Numbered from the stretch's first letter, positions 25,595-36,778 are shown. The stretch: 64,000 nucleotides of DNA from an uncultured delta proteobacterium (GCA_963787125.1 CAWBBV010000009.1:32001-96000), one strand, 5' to 3'. Numbers and translations: made by a program. Notes: generated by a model not told the origin, from the sequence alone.

Positions 25595-26902
25595 TTGTTT
25601 GAAGCCCTCCAGAATATCTTCAAGATTCCTGAACTTAAAAAAAGAGTACTTTTCTCACTAGGAATGCTTCTTGTCTACAGGGTTGGTTGCCATATACCGA
25701 CTCCTGGTATTGATGCTGTTGCGTTATCGCATTTCTTTAAGCAGGCTCAGGGAACTCTTCTTGGGATGTTCGATATGTTCTCGGGTGGCGCACTTGAGAA
25801 ACTGACTGTATTTGCACTTGGCATAATGCCCTATATATCATCATCTATAATTTTCCAACTCCTAACAGTAGTCGTACCTGCAATTGAAAAACTCTCGAAA
25901 GAGGGTGATTCAGGAAGAAAGAAAATAATTCAGTATACCCGTTATGGTACGGTTGTTTTGAGTGTTGTTCAGGCTATGGGTATAAGTATCGGCCTTGAGG
26001 CAATGCGAGGACCTGCTGGTGAGCTTGTTGTGCCTTCGCCTGGTTGGTCTTTTAGGATAATGACTGTAATAACTTTGACCGCTGGTACAGCCTTCATTAT
26101 GTGGTTAGGTGAGCAGATGTCTGAAAGAGGGATTGGAAACGGAATTTCTCTTATAATTTTCGCTGGAATAGTTGCGCGTATTCCGGCTGCCATTGGGAAT
26201 TCGTTTAAACTTATTAAAACTGGGCAGCTATCGCTTTTCGTGTTGATTATAGTAATGGTTGTAATGTTTATTGTAATTGCCGGGATAGTTTTTGTAGAAA
26301 GAGGTCAACGGCGCATTCCGATCCATTACGCAAAGAGAGTTGTCGGCTTGCAGACTTTAGCTGCTCAATCGTCTCATCTGCCACTAAAGGTTAATATGGC
26401 TGGCGTTATTCCACCGATTTTTGCTTCTTCTATTATCATGTTTCCGGCAACTATTGCTAATTTTGTTGAGGTTCCATGGATCAAAGATGCTGCAAAATAT
26501 CTTATGCCAGGTAATTGGGTTTATAATATAATATTTGTTGCTTTTATAGTTTTCTTCTGTTATTTCTATACGGCTGTAACGTTTAACCCTGTTGATGTCG
26601 CGGAGAATATCAAAAAGCAAGGTGGGTATGTTCCCGGTGTTCGTCCAGGTAAGGAAACTTCTGAATACCTTGATACGGTTCTTACTAAGCTGACTTTTGC
26701 TGGGGCCATTTATATATCAGGAATATGTGTTCTTCCGTCAATACTTATAGGTAAGTTCAACCTTCCTTTTTATTTTGGTGGAACTGCATTGTTGATTGCA
26801 ATAGGAGTGGGTATGGATACGGTCGCTCAAATTGAATCGCACCTGATTACTAGAAGTTACGAAGGCTTTATGAAAGGTGTTAAGATTAAAGGGCGGAGTT
26901 AA
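25595..26902 (+). CDS. secY: Preprotein translocase subunit SecY
   Basis: ALGIMPYI, GIGNGISL, PGVRPG; multiple TM helices; TTG at 25595 best fits the GAGGAG RBS (alternative 25589). Confidence 0.98.
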   Translation: MFEALQNIFKIPELKKRVLFSLGMLLVYRVGCHIPTPGIDAVALSHFFKQAQGTLLGMFDMFSGGALEKLTVFALGIMPYISSSIIFQLLTVVVPAIEKLSKEGDSGRKKIIQYTRYGTVVLSVVQAMGISIGLEAMRGPAGELVVPSPGWSFRIMTVITLTAGTAFIMWLGEQMSERGIGNGISLIIFAGIVARIPAAIGNSFKLIKTGQLSLFVLIIVMVVMFIVIAGIVFVERGQRRIPIHYAKRVVGLQTLAAQSSHLPLKVNMAGVIPPIFASSIIMFPATIANFVEVPWIKDAAKYLMPGNWVYNIIFVAFIVFFCYFYTAVTFNPVDVAENIKKQGGYVPGVRPGKETSEYLDTVLTKLTFAGAIYISGICVLPSILIGKFNLPFYFGGTALLIAIGVGMDTVAQIESHLITRSYEGFMKGVKIKGRS

Positions 26903-26905
26903 CTG

Positions 26906-27556
26906 GTGAAGCTCAATCTTATACTACTTGGTCCACCTGGTGCGGGTAAGGGGACTCAGGCAAAGCTACTTGTAGAACGCTATGGGATTCCCCAGATATC
27001 AACTGGAGATATTCTCAGGACAGCAGTTAAGGAGTCCACTGTTGCTGGTATTCGTGCCAAGCGATTTATGGACGAAGGGTCATTGGTTCCAGATAATCTA
27101 GTCATTGATATAATTGGCGAAAGGCTTGCTGAGTCTGACTCTGCTAATGGATTTATTTTGGACGGTTTCCCGAGAACGGTTGCACAAGCTGATGCCCTTT
27201 CGAGAATGCTTTTTGTGGACGGTAAGTCAATAAATTGTGTTATATCGATGTCGGTTGATAGTGATGAATTACTTAAGCGCGTTATCGGACGTCTAACTTG
27301 TCGTGGTTGTGGTAAGGGTTATCACGTTATCTATGATCCTCCTGCGGTTAAGGGTGTGTGTTCTATTTGTTCTGGAGAGCTTTATCAGCGTGATGATGAT
27401 AAAGAGGAAACAATGAGGGCACGCTTGCAGGCATATGCTACCCAAACAGCCCCTTTAATTGAATATTACACTGCTCTAAATCTGTTGCATTCAGTAGATG
27501 GCCTAGGTTCAATTTCGGAAATCAACAGTGCAATAATTAGTCTGTTGGAAGGTTAA
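26906..27556 (+). CDS. adk: Adenylate kinase
   Basis: GPPGAGKGTQ, LDGFPRT, Cys4 LID domain. Confidence 0.98.
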   Translation: MKLNLILLGPPGAGKGTQAKLLVERYGIPQISTGDILRTAVKESTVAGIRAKRFMDEGSLVPDNLVIDIIGERLAESDSANGFILDGFPRTVAQADALSRMLFVDGKSINCVISMSVDSDELLKRVIGRLTCRGCGKGYHVIYDPPAVKGVCSICSGELYQRDDDKEETMRARLQAYATQTAPLIEYYTALNLLHSVDGLGSISEINSAIISLLEG

Positions 27557-27560
27557 ATAT

Positions 27561-28307
27561 GTGGTAGTGCTTAAATCTCTTAAAGAGATTGATAGGATGA
27601 AAGCTTCCTGTATTATTGTCGCAGAGGTTTTAAGGAGAGTAGTTGAGTTTGTTAAGCCTGGTATTACGACTCTTGAGTTAAATGCCATAGCTGAAAAAGA
27701 GGTTTTAAAGCGCAAAGCTAAACCGGCATTCAGAGGTTATAGCGGTTATCCAAGCTCTTTATGTTGTTCTTTGAATGATCAGGTAGTGCATGGTATACCA
27801 AACTCGATTCCAATTGTTGAAGGTGACATCCTGAGTTTAGACTTTGGTGCTTTTTATGACGGTTTTTATGGTGATTCTGCTGTAACTGTCCCGGTTGGTA
27901 ACATAAGTTCTAGTGCGAAGAACCTTATAACGACGACAGAAGAATCGCTTGTTCAGGCAATTAGCCAATCTTTTCCAGGTAACAGGTTGTCTAATATATC
28001 GTCAACAGTTCAGATGTATGCTGAGGCAAGAGGGTTTTCTGTAGTTCGTGATTTTGTTGGGCACGGTATTGGTCGAAATCTTCATGAACAGCCTCAAATT
28101 CCAAATTACGGTTCACCAAATAAAGGTCCTAAATTGCGGGTTGGAATGGTCTTAGCAATAGAGCCTATGATTAATGAGAAGTCTTATGAAGTAAAAGTAC
28201 TTGCTGACGGCTGGACTACAGTGACACTAGACGGCGGTTTATCGGCACATTTTGAACATACTGTTGCAATTACGGACAATGGTCCTGAAGTTCTTACCAT
28301 TATCTAA
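27561..28307 (+). CDS. map: Methionine aminopeptidase type I
   Basis: VVHGIP, GHGIG, AIEPM, SAHFEHT. Confidence 0.98.
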   Translation: MVVLKSLKEIDRMKASCIIVAEVLRRVVEFVKPGITTLELNAIAEKEVLKRKAKPAFRGYSGYPSSLCCSLNDQVVHGIPNSIPIVEGDILSLDFGAFYDGFYGDSAVTVPVGNISSSAKNLITTTEESLVQAISQSFPGNRLSNISSTVQMYAEARGFSVVRDFVGHGIGRNLHEQPQIPNYGSPNKGPKLRVGMVLAIEPMINEKSYEVKVLADGWTTVTLDGGLSAHFEHTVAITDNGPEVLTII

Positions 28308-28329
28308 ATAGTAAAGGAAGGTATCTATA

Positions 28330-28443
28330 ATGAAAGTGCGAGCATCTGTAAAAAAAATCTGCGTTAAATGTAAAATTGTCAAACGTAAGGGTATTGTGCG
28401 GGTGATTTGTGATATACCGAAACATTCCCAGCGACAAGGGTAA
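28330..28443 (+). CDS. rpmJ: 50S ribosomal protein L36
   Basis: Not in ORF track; [37 protein letters not shown]. Confidence 0.97.
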   Translation: MKVRASVKKICVKCKIVKRKGIVRVICDIPKHSQRQG

Positions 28444-28469
28444 TAGAAATAATTCAGGAGGAGTGAACA

Positions 28470-28838
28470 TTGGCACGTATATCTGGTATTGACATACCCA
28501 GGAACAAGCATATTGAGATCGCACTTACTTATATATACGGAATTGGTAGGTCCACAGCACAAAAGATATTAACCGAAGCTGCTGTAGACTTTACCACAAG
28601 AACAGAGAAACTTACTGAGTCTGAAATTTCGCGGATTCGAGAAGTTATAGACAAAAGTATCAAAGTTGAAGGCGATCTTCGCCGTCAGATATCTATGGAT
28701 ATTAAGAGGCTTATGGATCTAGGTTGTTATCGTGGCCTTCGTCATCGTAAGGGGCTTCCTGTCCGTGGTCAGCGTACGAAGACAAATTCACGTACTAGAA
28801 AAGGCCCTGCAAGAACTGTTGCTGGTAAGAAGAAATAG
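28470..28838 (+). CDS. rpsM: 30S ribosomal protein S13
   Basis: [17 protein letters not shown]. Confidence 0.99.
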   Translation: MARISGIDIPRNKHIEIALTYIYGIGRSTAQKILTEAAVDFTTRTEKLTESEISRIREVIDKSIKVEGDLRRQISMDIKRLMDLGCYRGLRHRKGLPVRGQRTKTNSRTRKGPARTVAGKKK

Positions 28839-28859
28839 TCTTATATAACTGGAGGAGAG

Positions 28860-29255
28860 ATGGCTAGTCCTGCAAAAAAAGTTGTTCGTAAAAAGAAGGA
28901 AAAGAAAAATATTCCTAATGGAGTTGCACATATTCAGGCAACTTTTAATAATACTATCATTACAATAACCGATCCTGTCGGTAATGTTGTAGCGTGGTCA
29001 AGTGCGGGTGCAAAAGGTTTCAAGGGCTCTCGTAAAAGCACTCCTTTTGCTGCGCAGATTGCCGGAGAGGATTGTGCAAAACGTGCGCAGGAGCATGGGA
29101 TGAGATCTCTTGATGTATTTGTCAAGGGGCCTGGTTCAGGTAGAGAATCAGCACTGCGCGCACTTCAGTCCGTAGGACTTAATATATCTTTTATACGTGA
29201 TGTTACTCCGATACCTCATAATGGATGCCGCCCTCCTAAAAGGCGAAGAGTATAA
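28860..29255 (+). CDS. rpsK: 30S ribosomal protein S11
   Basis: [24 protein letters not shown]. Confidence 0.99.
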   Translation: MASPAKKVVRKKKEKKNIPNGVAHIQATFNNTIITITDPVGNVVAWSSAGAKGFKGSRKSTPFAAQIAGEDCAKRAQEHGMRSLDVFVKGPGSGRESALRALQSVGLNISFIRDVTPIPHNGCRPPKRRRV

Positions 29256-29287
29256 AACCTGCTAAATTAATATCAAGGAGGCTGTAA

Positions 29288-29915
29288 TTGGCTAGATATA
29301 CTGGTCCGTCATGCCGTTTGTGCAGAAGACAAAATGTGGAACTCTACCTAAAGGGTGAGAGATGCTATACAGATAAATGTGCTATCAAACGTAGAAACTA
29401 TCCGCCTGGTCAACATGGTCAACTAAGGACAAAGGTTAGTGATTACGGTACTCAGTTACGTGAAAAGCAGAAAGTGCGACGTATATACGGAATTCTTGAA
29501 AAACAATTCCGAGGGTATTTTCATGAAGCTGATCGTATGCGTGGGGTAACGGGTGAAAATCTTCTTTCTCTTCTTGAGCGCAGACTTGATAATGCGGTCT
29601 ACAGGCTTGGGTTCGCTTCCTCAAGAACAGAAGCAAGAATACTTATCCGTCATTGCCACTTTACCCTAAATGGTCGTAAGGTGAACATTCCGTCGATTCA
29701 GTGCAAGATTGGTGATGTGATTGAACTGCGTGAAAAGAGCAGGGGCGTTAAATGTGTTATTGAGTCCCTTGAAGTCTGTTGTCCGCCGGGGACTTCCTCA
29801 GTGGCTGGAATTGAGTAAGGATGTCTTCAAAGGAGTTGTAAAAGCACTCCCGATACGTGAGGATATCACGTTGCCTATTCAGGAGCAGCTTGTTGTTGAA
29901 CTCTACTCCAAATAG
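29288..29915 (+). CDS. rpsD: 30S ribosomal protein S4, with apparent +1 frameshift near 29774 (probable sequence error)
   Basis: N-terminal part in ORF 29288-29818 ([14 protein letters not shown]); C-terminus [10 protein letters not shown]...[10 protein letters not shown] in another frame ending at 29915. Confidence 0.93.
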
Positions 29916-29945
29916 TCACAGCTGACACCTTGCGGGGAGGATTAA

Positions 29946-30969
29946 ATGTATAAAAACTGGCGCGATCTTATCAAACCAAAAAAAGTTCAGTTTGAGACAG
30001 AATCGCTTACTAAATATTATGGTAAATTTTACGCTGAGCCTTTCGAGCGCGGCTTTGGTACTACTCTAGGTAATTCACTTCGGAGAGTCTTGCTTTCGTC
30101 ACTTCAAGGGGCTGCAATAACTTCCGTAAAGATCAAGAGTGTTTTGCATGAGTTCTCTGCAGTACCTGGAGTAACAGAAGATGTAACCGATATAATTCTA
30201 AATCTTAAAGGCGTTAAGTTAAAGGTTCATGGCAATGAATCTAGAATAGTCAGAATTATGCATAAGGGCGATGGTCTTGTAACTGCTGGCTCAATACTTG
30301 CTGATGCAAATGTAGAAATACTTAACCCTGATCACCATATTGCTACCTGTTCTAAAGATGCCAATCTCGAGATTGAGATGACTGTAAAGGTTGGCAGAGG
30401 TTATGTTCCTGCTGATAGAAATCGTGATGAGAAGGCTCCTGTTGGTACAATACCGATTGACTCAATCTTCTCTCCAGTTCAGAAAGTTAACTTCACCGTC
30501 ACTTATGCTCGGGTCGGTCAAATCACTGATTACGACAAGTTAACTCTTGAGATATGGACTGATGGCAGTGTTAAACCTGATGATGCTTTAGCTTACTCTG
30601 CTAAAATTCTGAAGGATCAACTTTCAATTTTCATAAATTTTGATGAAGAATCAGAGTCTTTTACTGAGTCAGAAACTGAAGAAGAGAGCGAAAAAGTCAA
30701 CGAAAACCTTTATCGAACAGTTGAAGAGCTTGAACTATCTGTCCGGTCTGCAAATTGTCTTAAAAATGCCGGTATCAAGCTAATTGGTGAGCTAGTGTCG
30801 AGGAGTGAGTCAGAAATGCTCAAGACCCAGAATTTCGGCAGAAAATCACTTGAATGAGATTAAGGATATCCTTGGTGAAATGGGGCTGACTCTTGGTATG
30901 AAACTAGAGAATTTTCCGGATCCACAATTGATGGCTCGCCTCCGTGGTGATAAAAAAGAAGAAGAGTAG
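29946..30969 (+). CDS. rpoA: RNA polymerase alpha subunit, with apparent +1 frameshift near 30851 (probable sequence error)
   Basis: [26 protein letters not shown]; removing one T at ~30851 restores [20 protein letters not shown] to TAG 30969. Confidence 0.93.
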
Positions 30970-31003
30970 TACCAAAGTTTAAAAGGAACAGAGGAACGTT
31001 ACG

Positions 31004-31530
31004 ATGCGTCATAACAAGTCAGGTAGAAGACTCGGAAGAACAACAAGTCACAGAGTGGCGATGTTTCGCAATATGATAACCTCTTTTTTGAGTCATGAGA
31101 GGATTACTACTACTGATGCAAAAGCTAAAGAACTTCGTTCAATTGCCGATAAGATGATCACTCTTGGCAAGCGTGGCGACCTTCATGCTTTGCGGCAGGC
31201 TGCATCTTATATCCGCGAAAAGAGTGTTGTGACCAAGCTTTTCACAACTATCGCTCCTCGTTATAGTAGACCGTCCTGGTGGTTATACACGTATTGTTAA
31301 GCTTGGTCTAAGACCTGGTGATAATGCGCAGACTTTCCATAATAGAATTGGTCGAAGAGGAATTTACGCCTAAGGTAAAGAAGACCATAACACCAGCTAA
31401 ATCAGTGCCAGTTGTAAAGGCTGTTGAGATTGTAGCTTCTTCTCAGGTTGTGGAAGAGGTGGTTGCTTCTGAGGTTCAGGCAGCACTATTTGTGGAACCT
31501 GCTGAGGTATGTGAAGCAAAGGCTGATTAA
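31004..31530 (+). CDS. rplQ: 50S ribosomal protein L17 with low-complexity C-terminal extension; two apparent +1 frameshifts (~31266, ~31331)
   Basis: [13 protein letters not shown]..., then [13 protein letters not shown] and [10 protein letters not shown] in successive shifted frames. Confidence 0.9.
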
Positions 31531-31552
31531 AGCACAGTATAAATTCTGTTAT

Positions 31553-31586
31553 AAAAGACCTTGGCGATAGCCAAGGTCTTTTTTTT
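31553..31586 (+). terminator. Rho-independent terminator of the alpha operon
   Basis: AAAAGACCTTGGC-GATA-GCCAAGGTC followed by a long T run. Confidence 0.9.
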
Positions 31587-31734
31587 ATTTACAGTGTACA
31601 TCTGACTGATTTTGTTTGGAAACAAGCCATAAGTTTCCGCTGTCATTGCAACTTTTATCGAATTAGGTTCGACCAAAAAAAAGTTGTCTTTATGCATTTC
31701 ACATATCTACTTGTAAACGCATGCTTTAAATGAT

Positions 31735-31754
31735 ATATCAATAATGGTTGATTT
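31735..31754. promoter_or_regulatory. Candidate SahR operator
   Basis: 20-bp imperfect palindrome ATATCAA-TAATGG-TTGATTT just upstream of sahR-ahcY. Confidence 0.6.
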
Positions 31755-31780
31755 TGATAAGCTGTTACAGGTGATGCATT

Positions 31781-32692
31781 ATGGTTGAAATCTTTAAGGC
31801 CCTTTCTGATCTTTGCCGCGTAAGATTGATGGGAATCTTGTTTAGTGGTGAGTTCACTGTACAGGAACTTACTGCTATAATTGGCACAGGTCAGTCTCGT
31901 ATTTCTCATCATCTTAAAACTCTTACTGACGCCGGGCTTGTTAAATTAAAGCGGCAAGGGACATGGAGTTACTACAGTGTCAATGAGAATAATGATTTCT
32001 TTGCTGCAATCCGTCCATTTTTTATTCAGCATCTTGATTCTTTGCCTGAGCGTCCAATTGATTTTGCGGCCGTAGCTCGTTTGTTTGAGCAAAGACGGAA
32101 ACGAAACCTGGAATTTTTTGACCGCCACGCACGTCAGTGGGATAGTCTGGTGCAGGCTCTTTTGCCACTTCCTGATTATCGCCAGAACCTGCTTAATTTG
32201 CTCCCTGCAGGAGGTAGTTTTCTTGAGATTGGCGTAGGAACAGGTGGTCTCCTCCTCGACCTTGCTCAAATAGGATCTAATGTGATAGGAGTTGATCACT
32301 CCCCGGCCATGCTTGCTGAAGCCCGGTGCAGAGTCGCTCATGCCTGCGTAAATGGAGTTGAGCTTAGACTTGGAGAAATGGCTCATCTGCCGTTACCTGA
32401 TTCTACTGTAGATTGTGTAGTCGCCAACATGGTTCTTCATCATGCTGCGGATCCAAAAGCAGTTATTGCTGAGATACGTAGAGTTCTTATTGTTGGTGGG
32501 CAGCTACTGATCGCAGATCTTGCCCGTCATGAACGGGAAGCTGCTAGAGATCAACTAGCTGACCAGTGGCTCGGATTTGAAGCTGATGAGCTTGCCGGCT
32601 GGTTATGTGAGGCTGGATTTTCACATGTTTTCTCTGAAAAAATAGTAGGATGTGCAGGTCAGGAAACTGTTCTGCTGTTTAGTTCAAGATAG
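31781..32692 (+). CDS. sahR: ArsR-family regulator with C-terminal SAM-dependent methyltransferase domain (SahR-like)
   Basis: ArsR HTH ([15 protein letters not shown]) plus [11 protein letters not shown] motif; directly upstream of ahcY. Confidence 0.85.
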   Translation: MVEIFKALSDLCRVRLMGILFSGEFTVQELTAIIGTGQSRISHHLKTLTDAGLVKLKRQGTWSYYSVNENNDFFAAIRPFFIQHLDSLPERPIDFAAVARLFEQRRKRNLEFFDRHARQWDSLVQALLPLPDYRQNLLNLLPAGGSFLEIGVGTGGLLLDLAQIGSNVIGVDHSPAMLAEARCRVAHACVNGVELRLGEMAHLPLPDSTVDCVVANMVLHHAADPKAVIAEIRRVLIVGGQLLIADLARHEREAARDQLADQWLGFEADELAGWLCEAGFSHVFSEKIVGCAGQETVLLFSSR

Positions 32693-32723
32693 CGATTTAT
32701 TTACATTAAAGGAGATTGAATCA

Positions 32724-34118
32724 ATGTCACAGGATTACATCGTTGCTGATCTGAAATTAGCTGATTGGGGTCGTAAAGAAATAAAAATTGCTGAAACTGA
32801 AATGCCAGGGCTCATGGCTATTCGTGACGAGTTTGCTGCCGGTCAGCCGCTTAAAGGTGCTCGCATTACCGGCTCACTTCATATGACGATCCAGACTGCT
32901 GTATTGATAGAGACTCTTACCGCCCTTGGTGCAGAGGTACGTTGGGCTTCATGCAACATATTCTCGACACAGGACCATGCCGCAGCTGCCATTGCTTCCT
33001 CTGGAGTTGCTGTCTTTGCTGTCAAAGGTGAAACTCTAACCGAGTATTGGGATTATACACACAGGATCTTCGATTGGAAGGATGGTGGGTATTCCAATAT
33101 GATCCTTGATGATGGTGGCGATGCGACGCTGTTGCTCCATCTCGGGACAAGAGCCGAGAAAGACCTTTCCGTTCTAAGTAACCCTGGCTCAGAAGAAGAG
33201 ACCATACTTTTTGCTGCCATCAAAGCAAAACTGGTTGTTGACCCGACATGGTATTCAGTTCGCCTTGCTCAAATTATGGGGGTCACAGAAGAGACCACTA
33301 CTGGTGTTCATCGCCTCTACCAGATGCACGAGCGTGGCGAGCTCCGCTTTCCGGCGATCAATGTTAATGATTCGGTCACCAAATCTAAATTTGACAACCT
33401 CTATGGCTGCCGTGAATCGCTTGTGGATGGAATAAAACGTGCTACAGACGTGATGATCGCCGGAAAAGTCGCTCTGATTTGCGGTTATGGCGATGTTGGC
33501 AAAGGGTCAGCCCAAGCAATGCGTGCCCTTTCTGCCCAGGTATGGGTAACTGAAGTCGATCCGATTTGCGCCCTTCAGGCCGCCATGGAAGGCTACCGTG
33601 TCGTGACCATGGAGTATGCCGCAGATAAAGCTGATATCTTTGTCACCTGTACCGGCAACTACCACGTCATTACTCATGACCATATGACAAGAATGAAGGA
33701 TCAGGCTATTGTTTGTAACATCGGCCATTTTGACAACGAGATTGAAGTCGCTGCCCTTGAGAAATACCAGTGGGAGGAGATCAAACCCCAGGTTGATCAT
33801 GTCATCTTTCCCGACGGTAAGCGGATCATTCTGCTTGCAAAGGGGCGTCTGGTTAATCTTGGTTGCGGTACCGGTCACCCAAGCTATGTTATGTCGTCTT
33901 CATTTGCAAATCAGACCATCGCGCAGATAGAGATATTCTGCAATCCTGAAAAATACCCGGTCGGTGTTTATGTGCTACCTAAGCACCTTGATGAGAAAGT
34001 GGCCAGGCTGCAGTTGAAAAAGCTGAATGCTCAGCTGTCAGTTCTTACAAAGGAGCAGGCTGATTACATCGGCGTCTCTGTTGAGGGGCCATACAAGGCT
34101 GAACAGTACCGCTACTGA
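32724..34118 (+). CDS. ahcY: Adenosylhomocysteinase
   Basis: [34 protein letters not shown] after AAGGAG. Confidence 0.98.
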   Translation: MSQDYIVADLKLADWGRKEIKIAETEMPGLMAIRDEFAAGQPLKGARITGSLHMTIQTAVLIETLTALGAEVRWASCNIFSTQDHAAAAIASSGVAVFAVKGETLTEYWDYTHRIFDWKDGGYSNMILDDGGDATLLLHLGTRAEKDLSVLSNPGSEEETILFAAIKAKLVVDPTWYSVRLAQIMGVTEETTTGVHRLYQMHERGELRFPAINVNDSVTKSKFDNLYGCRESLVDGIKRATDVMIAGKVALICGYGDVGKGSAQAMRALSAQVWVTEVDPICALQAAMEGYRVVTMEYAADKADIFVTCTGNYHVITHDHMTRMKDQAIVCNIGHFDNEIEVAALEKYQWEEIKPQVDHVIFPDGKRIILLAKGRLVNLGCGTGHPSYVMSSSFANQTIAQIEIFCNPEKYPVGVYVLPKHLDEKVARLQLKKLNAQLSVLTKEQADYIGVSVEGPYKAEQYRY

Positions 34119-34120
34119 TA

Positions 34121-34175
34121 GCGTGACAGGCAAAACGTCCAGATGCACAGCGTCTGGACGTTTTGCCTGTCACGC
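34121..34175. terminator. Long hairpin (23-bp perfect stem) after ahcY
   Basis: GCGTGACAGGCAAAACGTCCAGA / TCTGGACGTTTTGCCTGTCACGC; inner TTTT tract. Confidence 0.65.
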
Positions 34176-34238
34176 CTTGCGCTGGAAAGGCCGTTTGTGA
34201 CCGTTTTATAATCCTAGTGAAGGCAAGAAGCCAGCAAT

Positions 34239-35906
34239 TTGAAAACTGAAGCCATTTACGCAAAACTATTTTCAGCCCACACATTACCGGTTCTCTTGAT
34301 TATCGCAGTCGGCGCTTTGTGTTATGCGAACACATTCCACGTTCCTTTTATTCTTGATGACGTCTCCTCAATTCTTGTCAATCCGCAGATAACCTCCTTA
34401 TCATTCTCCCTTAAGCCTCGAATCCTGGGAGAGCTTTCTTTCGCGCTCAATTATAATCTTCATGGCTTGAGCCTGCCGGAATACCATCTCGTAAATCTGC
34501 TCTTGCACATGGCTAATGCCAGCCTGCTCTATGTTTTTGTATTGACCATTTTTCTGACACCTGTTTTCCGGCAAATACAACCCGGCAAAGCTGATAGATG
34601 TATTGCACTTGCAGCTGCTTTTATTTTTGTTGCTCACCCACTGCAAACAGCCGCTGTCACCTATCTGGCGCAGCGCGTTACGCTGATTGCAACCTTATTC
34701 TATCTCTTTGCCGTAGTTGTCTATCTGAAAGCCAGAGTTTCTAAAGAGAAATGGAGTAGCACTATTTTATTGTTATTGTCACTCTGCTCAGCAACGGCCG
34801 CACTTTTGTCAAAAGAGATTGCAGTTACAATCCCTGTTGCAATTCTTTTCTGCGAAGCTACTTTTTTTAGTGGAAACGAGCGCAAACGCTTTTTGTTATG
34901 GACAATATATTTTATCCCCCTCGTCTCTGCGGTCCTTTTGACAAATCATGCCATATTCTTTAAATCGGATTTGTCTTCAGCTGTTATGACCCTCACGGCA
35001 GAAAGAGGCGCACCTCCCAGGCTAGATTACCTCCTGACGCAGTTTCAGGTGCTGCTATACTATCTGCGGCTTTTTCTCTACCCTGCCGGTTTGAATCTTG
35101 ACCACGATGTAACACTGCGCCGGTCGCTTACTGACCCTGGTGTCGTCGCAGCGTTTATTTGTATTGCTGTCTTAGTATTGTTGACACTGCTATTCTTGAT
35201 CAAAGGGCGTAAAGGCGAGAATCTCTTTGACAGATTATGGCTGCTGGCAGGGTTTGGCATCGGCTGGTTTTTTATTACCATTTTCGTTGAATCCAGTCTA
35301 ATCCCGGTTCGGGATGTAATGTTTGACCACAGGGTTTATCTGCCTGCCGTCGGGTTGGTTATGACTGCCTCAGTTGGCATATGGTTAATCGTCTCCAGAA
35401 GGGCTGCTCAGAAAAGGGTTTTCAGGCGGTTCGTAACCACAATAGTTATTCTTGTGCTGATTCTTGCTGTTACGACGATTTCACGGAACCGGGTATGGCA
35501 AAGTGAGGTGACGCTATGGGAGGATGCCGCCAGTAAAAGTCCGGCAAAGGGGCGGACACATGGGGCGCTTGGTCACGCATATCAACGTGCAGGGAGAATT
35601 GATGACGCAGTGCGGGCCTACAGCACTGCAGTCAGACTTTCTCCGGGTGATTATATCGCCAGAAACAATCTGGGGGCTATCTATCTGAAGCAGAAAAAAT
35701 ACACAGATGCAATCAACGAGCTTGAAAAAGTCATTGAGCTTGCACCTGCTTCAGCGCCAGCTCATTTCAATCTCGGGCTTGCATATTCAGCATCTGGCCG
35801 CTTTAAAGAAGGGGAGATTTCGTTCCTGGAGGCGGTAAAGCTTAAGCCTGATTACCGTGAGGCTCTGGACAATCTTGCTGTGATAAGGAAAACTAGGGAG
35901 CGCTGA
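34239..35906 (+). CDS. Polytopic membrane protein with C-terminal TPRs (TMTC/GT-C glycosyltransferase-like)
   Basis: FILDD, YHLVNLLLH, HPLQTAAVTY, SKE, DHRVYLP motifs, then RNRVW and TPR repeats. Confidence 0.8.
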   Translation: MKTEAIYAKLFSAHTLPVLLIIAVGALCYANTFHVPFILDDVSSILVNPQITSLSFSLKPRILGELSFALNYNLHGLSLPEYHLVNLLLHMANASLLYVFVLTIFLTPVFRQIQPGKADRCIALAAAFIFVAHPLQTAAVTYLAQRVTLIATLFYLFAVVVYLKARVSKEKWSSTILLLLSLCSATAALLSKEIAVTIPVAILFCEATFFSGNERKRFLLWTIYFIPLVSAVLLTNHAIFFKSDLSSAVMTLTAERGAPPRLDYLLTQFQVLLYYLRLFLYPAGLNLDHDVTLRRSLTDPGVVAAFICIAVLVLLTLLFLIKGRKGENLFDRLWLLAGFGIGWFFITIFVESSLIPVRDVMFDHRVYLPAVGLVMTASVGIWLIVSRRAAQKRVFRRFVTTIVILVLILAVTTISRNRVWQSEVTLWEDAASKSPAKGRTHGALGHAYQRAGRIDDAVRAYSTAVRLSPGDYIARNNLGAIYLKQKKYTDAINELEKVIELAPASAPAHFNLGLAYSASGRFKEGEISFLEAVKLKPDYREALDNLAVIRKTRER

Positions 35907-36756
35907 CAGTAAACTGGGTGCTTTCTTCACCATTTGGATTAACTACTATCATCTGGAAACTCTTCAGTGATGGATCATAGGGATAACGCTGATAGATCAG
36001 CCTGTTACAACCCGTATAAACAAGCCTGTCCCGTTCTCCTGGCATCGGCTGGCCAGTCTGAATTTTCTTGCCATCAACTATCAGGTTTGAACCTTGCTGG
36101 AAATTAATCCCTTCAATATTCAATTCATAATAATTGACGTAGTCATTCCCCTGAGAAACGCTGCGTATTTCCGGCCGACTGGCAACAACCAGCGCAATTG
36201 CAGGCGAGATGGCATCTTCAGCATTCTTGACCTGTATCTGGTGAAGTCCTCCTGAGACGGGTGGTGTCTGGAAGGTCATCTCTTCGGCTGACAACCGGTT
36301 CCCCTTGATAATCGCGCCATCAAAAAGCACTTTAGCCGTCTCCAGAAAATTCTTCCCCTTGATGATTATCTGCCGGTCACTTCCCGCTGTGCAAAGGGAG
36401 ACAGTATCTGGCTGAATTGCTGCAACGGCAGGTTTCAGCGGAGTAACTGCGAAAGAGTAGGCTCTGCTGGCCGCGCCGTTTTTTTGGCGGAGATAGAGTG
36501 CATAGTTCCCTGCAGGAATCTGGGGGATCTCGAAACTTATCTGTCGGGCTGAGACTGATTTGAAAGGGATTTCTTCAATGCCGAGATAAAGTGTGCTTTC
36601 AACATTGAATCCTGAGCCGGAAATAACAACCGTTCCACCCGCTGCAGCCTGACCAGGTATTATGCTGAGAATCGATGGGGCAGCGACTTCATCTTCAGCA
36701 AAAGCAGCTGAGAACAGCAGCATGGTCAGAGCTAAGACTGTGGCTAGATAGCGCAT
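35893..36756 (-). CDS. Secreted IPT/TIG-domain protein
   Basis: Signal peptide; repeated P-I-S/I-x-G-x-(G/N)-F IPT units. Confidence 0.8.
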   Translation of the reverse strand: MRYLATVLALTMLLFSAAFAEDEVAAPSILSIIPGQAAAGGTVVISGSGFNVESTLYLGIEEIPFKSVSARQISFEIPQIPAGNYALYLRQKNGAASRAYSFAVTPLKPAVAAIQPDTVSLCTAGSDRQIIIKGKNFLETAKVLFDGAIIKGNRLSAEEMTFQTPPVSGGLHQIQVKNAEDAISPAIALVVASRPEIRSVSQGNDYVNYYELNIEGINFQQGSNLIVDGKKIQTGQPMPGERDRLVYTGCNRLIYQRYPYDPSLKSFQMIVVNPNGEESTQFTVSAP

Positions 36757-36778
36757 ATGGTTTGCTCCAATTGTGAAG

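Noticed and set aside
28307..28330. Absence of infA between map and rpmJ
   Set aside because: infA position varies among bacteria; no remnant here and not unusual
29288..31530. True pseudogenisation or programmed frameshifting of rpsD, rpoA and rplQ
   Set aside because: Essential genes, otherwise conserved, with no slippery sites; sequence error is more parsimonious
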